NCBI GenBank assembly: GCA_016209325.1
Contig: JACQWJ010000034.1
Coordinates: forward strand, 220 to 64,219
Origin: Candidatus Uhrbacteria bacterium
Lineage (GTDB): Bacteria; Patescibacteriota; Patescibacteriia; UBA9934; GWF2-40-263
Reading direction: 5' to 3'
Length of the DNA: 64,000 nucleotides
Shown here in pieces: positions 63,484 to 64,000 of this stretch (position 1 is its first letter; each line of letters starts with the position of its first letter). The notes beneath the pieces were generated by a model. It worked only from the letters and a program-made list of their open reading frames with translations, made no database searches and was not told where the DNA came from. Made by a program: the position numbers and the translations under genes.

Positions 63484-63732
63484 ATGGAGATTCTGCCGCT
63501 CTCCAAACGCCTCCATGCGTTTCTTCGAAATCATCGACTGGAACAAACCTTCAGAAAACAGACAGCTCTTTTTTGCGAGAACCCCTGGCATCCAAGCCTT
63601 CATACCGAAGTGCTTGAACCCAAACGTTTGCGGATCTACAGTTTTCGCCTGACACGCTCGTATCGTGTTATGTTTGTGTATTGCGGTTCCGAGACCATCG
63701 AAATCATTGATGTCAATAATCACTATCGATGA
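63484..63732 (+). CDS. RelE/YoeB-like toxin
   Basis: F..NPWHPSLHTE.L.PK...YSFR..RSYR..F, I.D.NNHY. Confidence 0.8.
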   Translation: MEILPLSKRLHAFLRNHRLEQTFRKQTALFCENPWHPSLHTEVLEPKRLRIYSFRLTRSYRVMFVYCGSETIEIIDVNNHYR

Positions 63733-64000
63733 GTCACTCATGTCCGGTTAAAAAACACCCATCTTTCTGAACCTCTAAGGCGTGAGAAGGATCTACAACG
63801 CGCTCCAACCCACATTCGCCTATTCGCACAAATTCGTAATTCGCCCCCCAGCAGTCTCTGGAATAGAAAACCGGACATGCTCTTTCAAACATGTCCGGGA
63901 AAAAGTTGTGGTTTCCCACGCATCGGAGCCGCGCGGGAAGGACTCGGACCATCGACCTACTTGGTCGCCAGCACGAGCCCACCGGAACCGTCGTCCACGA

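Noticed and set aside
63734-64000. Minus-strand ORF at the window edge
   Set aside because: Truncated by the window and has no recognisable motif

Overview
GC-rich bacterial chromosome segment (genetic code 11). Gene content suggests Patescibacteria/CPR (inference): TrmB-like regulator, archaeal-type pyrH, TM0106 nuclease, compact type IV pilus locus, glycosyltransferase arrays and Shine-Dalgarno-less 'TATG' starts. Housekeeping blocks: secD/secF, xseAB, pyrH, a type IV pilus locus with a two-component system (22.0-32.6 kb), dTDP-rhamnose and glycosyltransferase clusters (32.7-52.9 kb), an S8/FG-GAP protease, NDH-2 and a 16-repeat Cys/Asp lipoprotein. Two things stand out. (1) A complete diversity-generating retroelement (15.2-19.0 kb) with RT, Avd and a 118-bp TR/VR pair whose 14 mismatches all fall at TR adenines. 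Its avd is antisense to TR/RT and is frameshifted from its best start codon at a C11 tract, a candidate phase-variable switch. Its target gene is cleanly split by an IS3 element with a 3-bp GTC duplication. (2) Two dispersed, non-canonical tRNA-like genes (6774-6849 minus, 43701-43777 plus). Both have an alanine-type G3.U70 acceptor, a 5-bp D-stem, a 4-bp anticodon stem and a 9-nt loop containing UUGACA. Both sit in the same covarying flanking RNA architecture, including a leader segment complementary to their own anticodon arm. Also present: a perfect parS, a 122-bp MITE, a REP-flanked GIY-YIG gene, an unassigned structured RNA and several TA modules. No database searches were run; all assignments come from reading the sequence.
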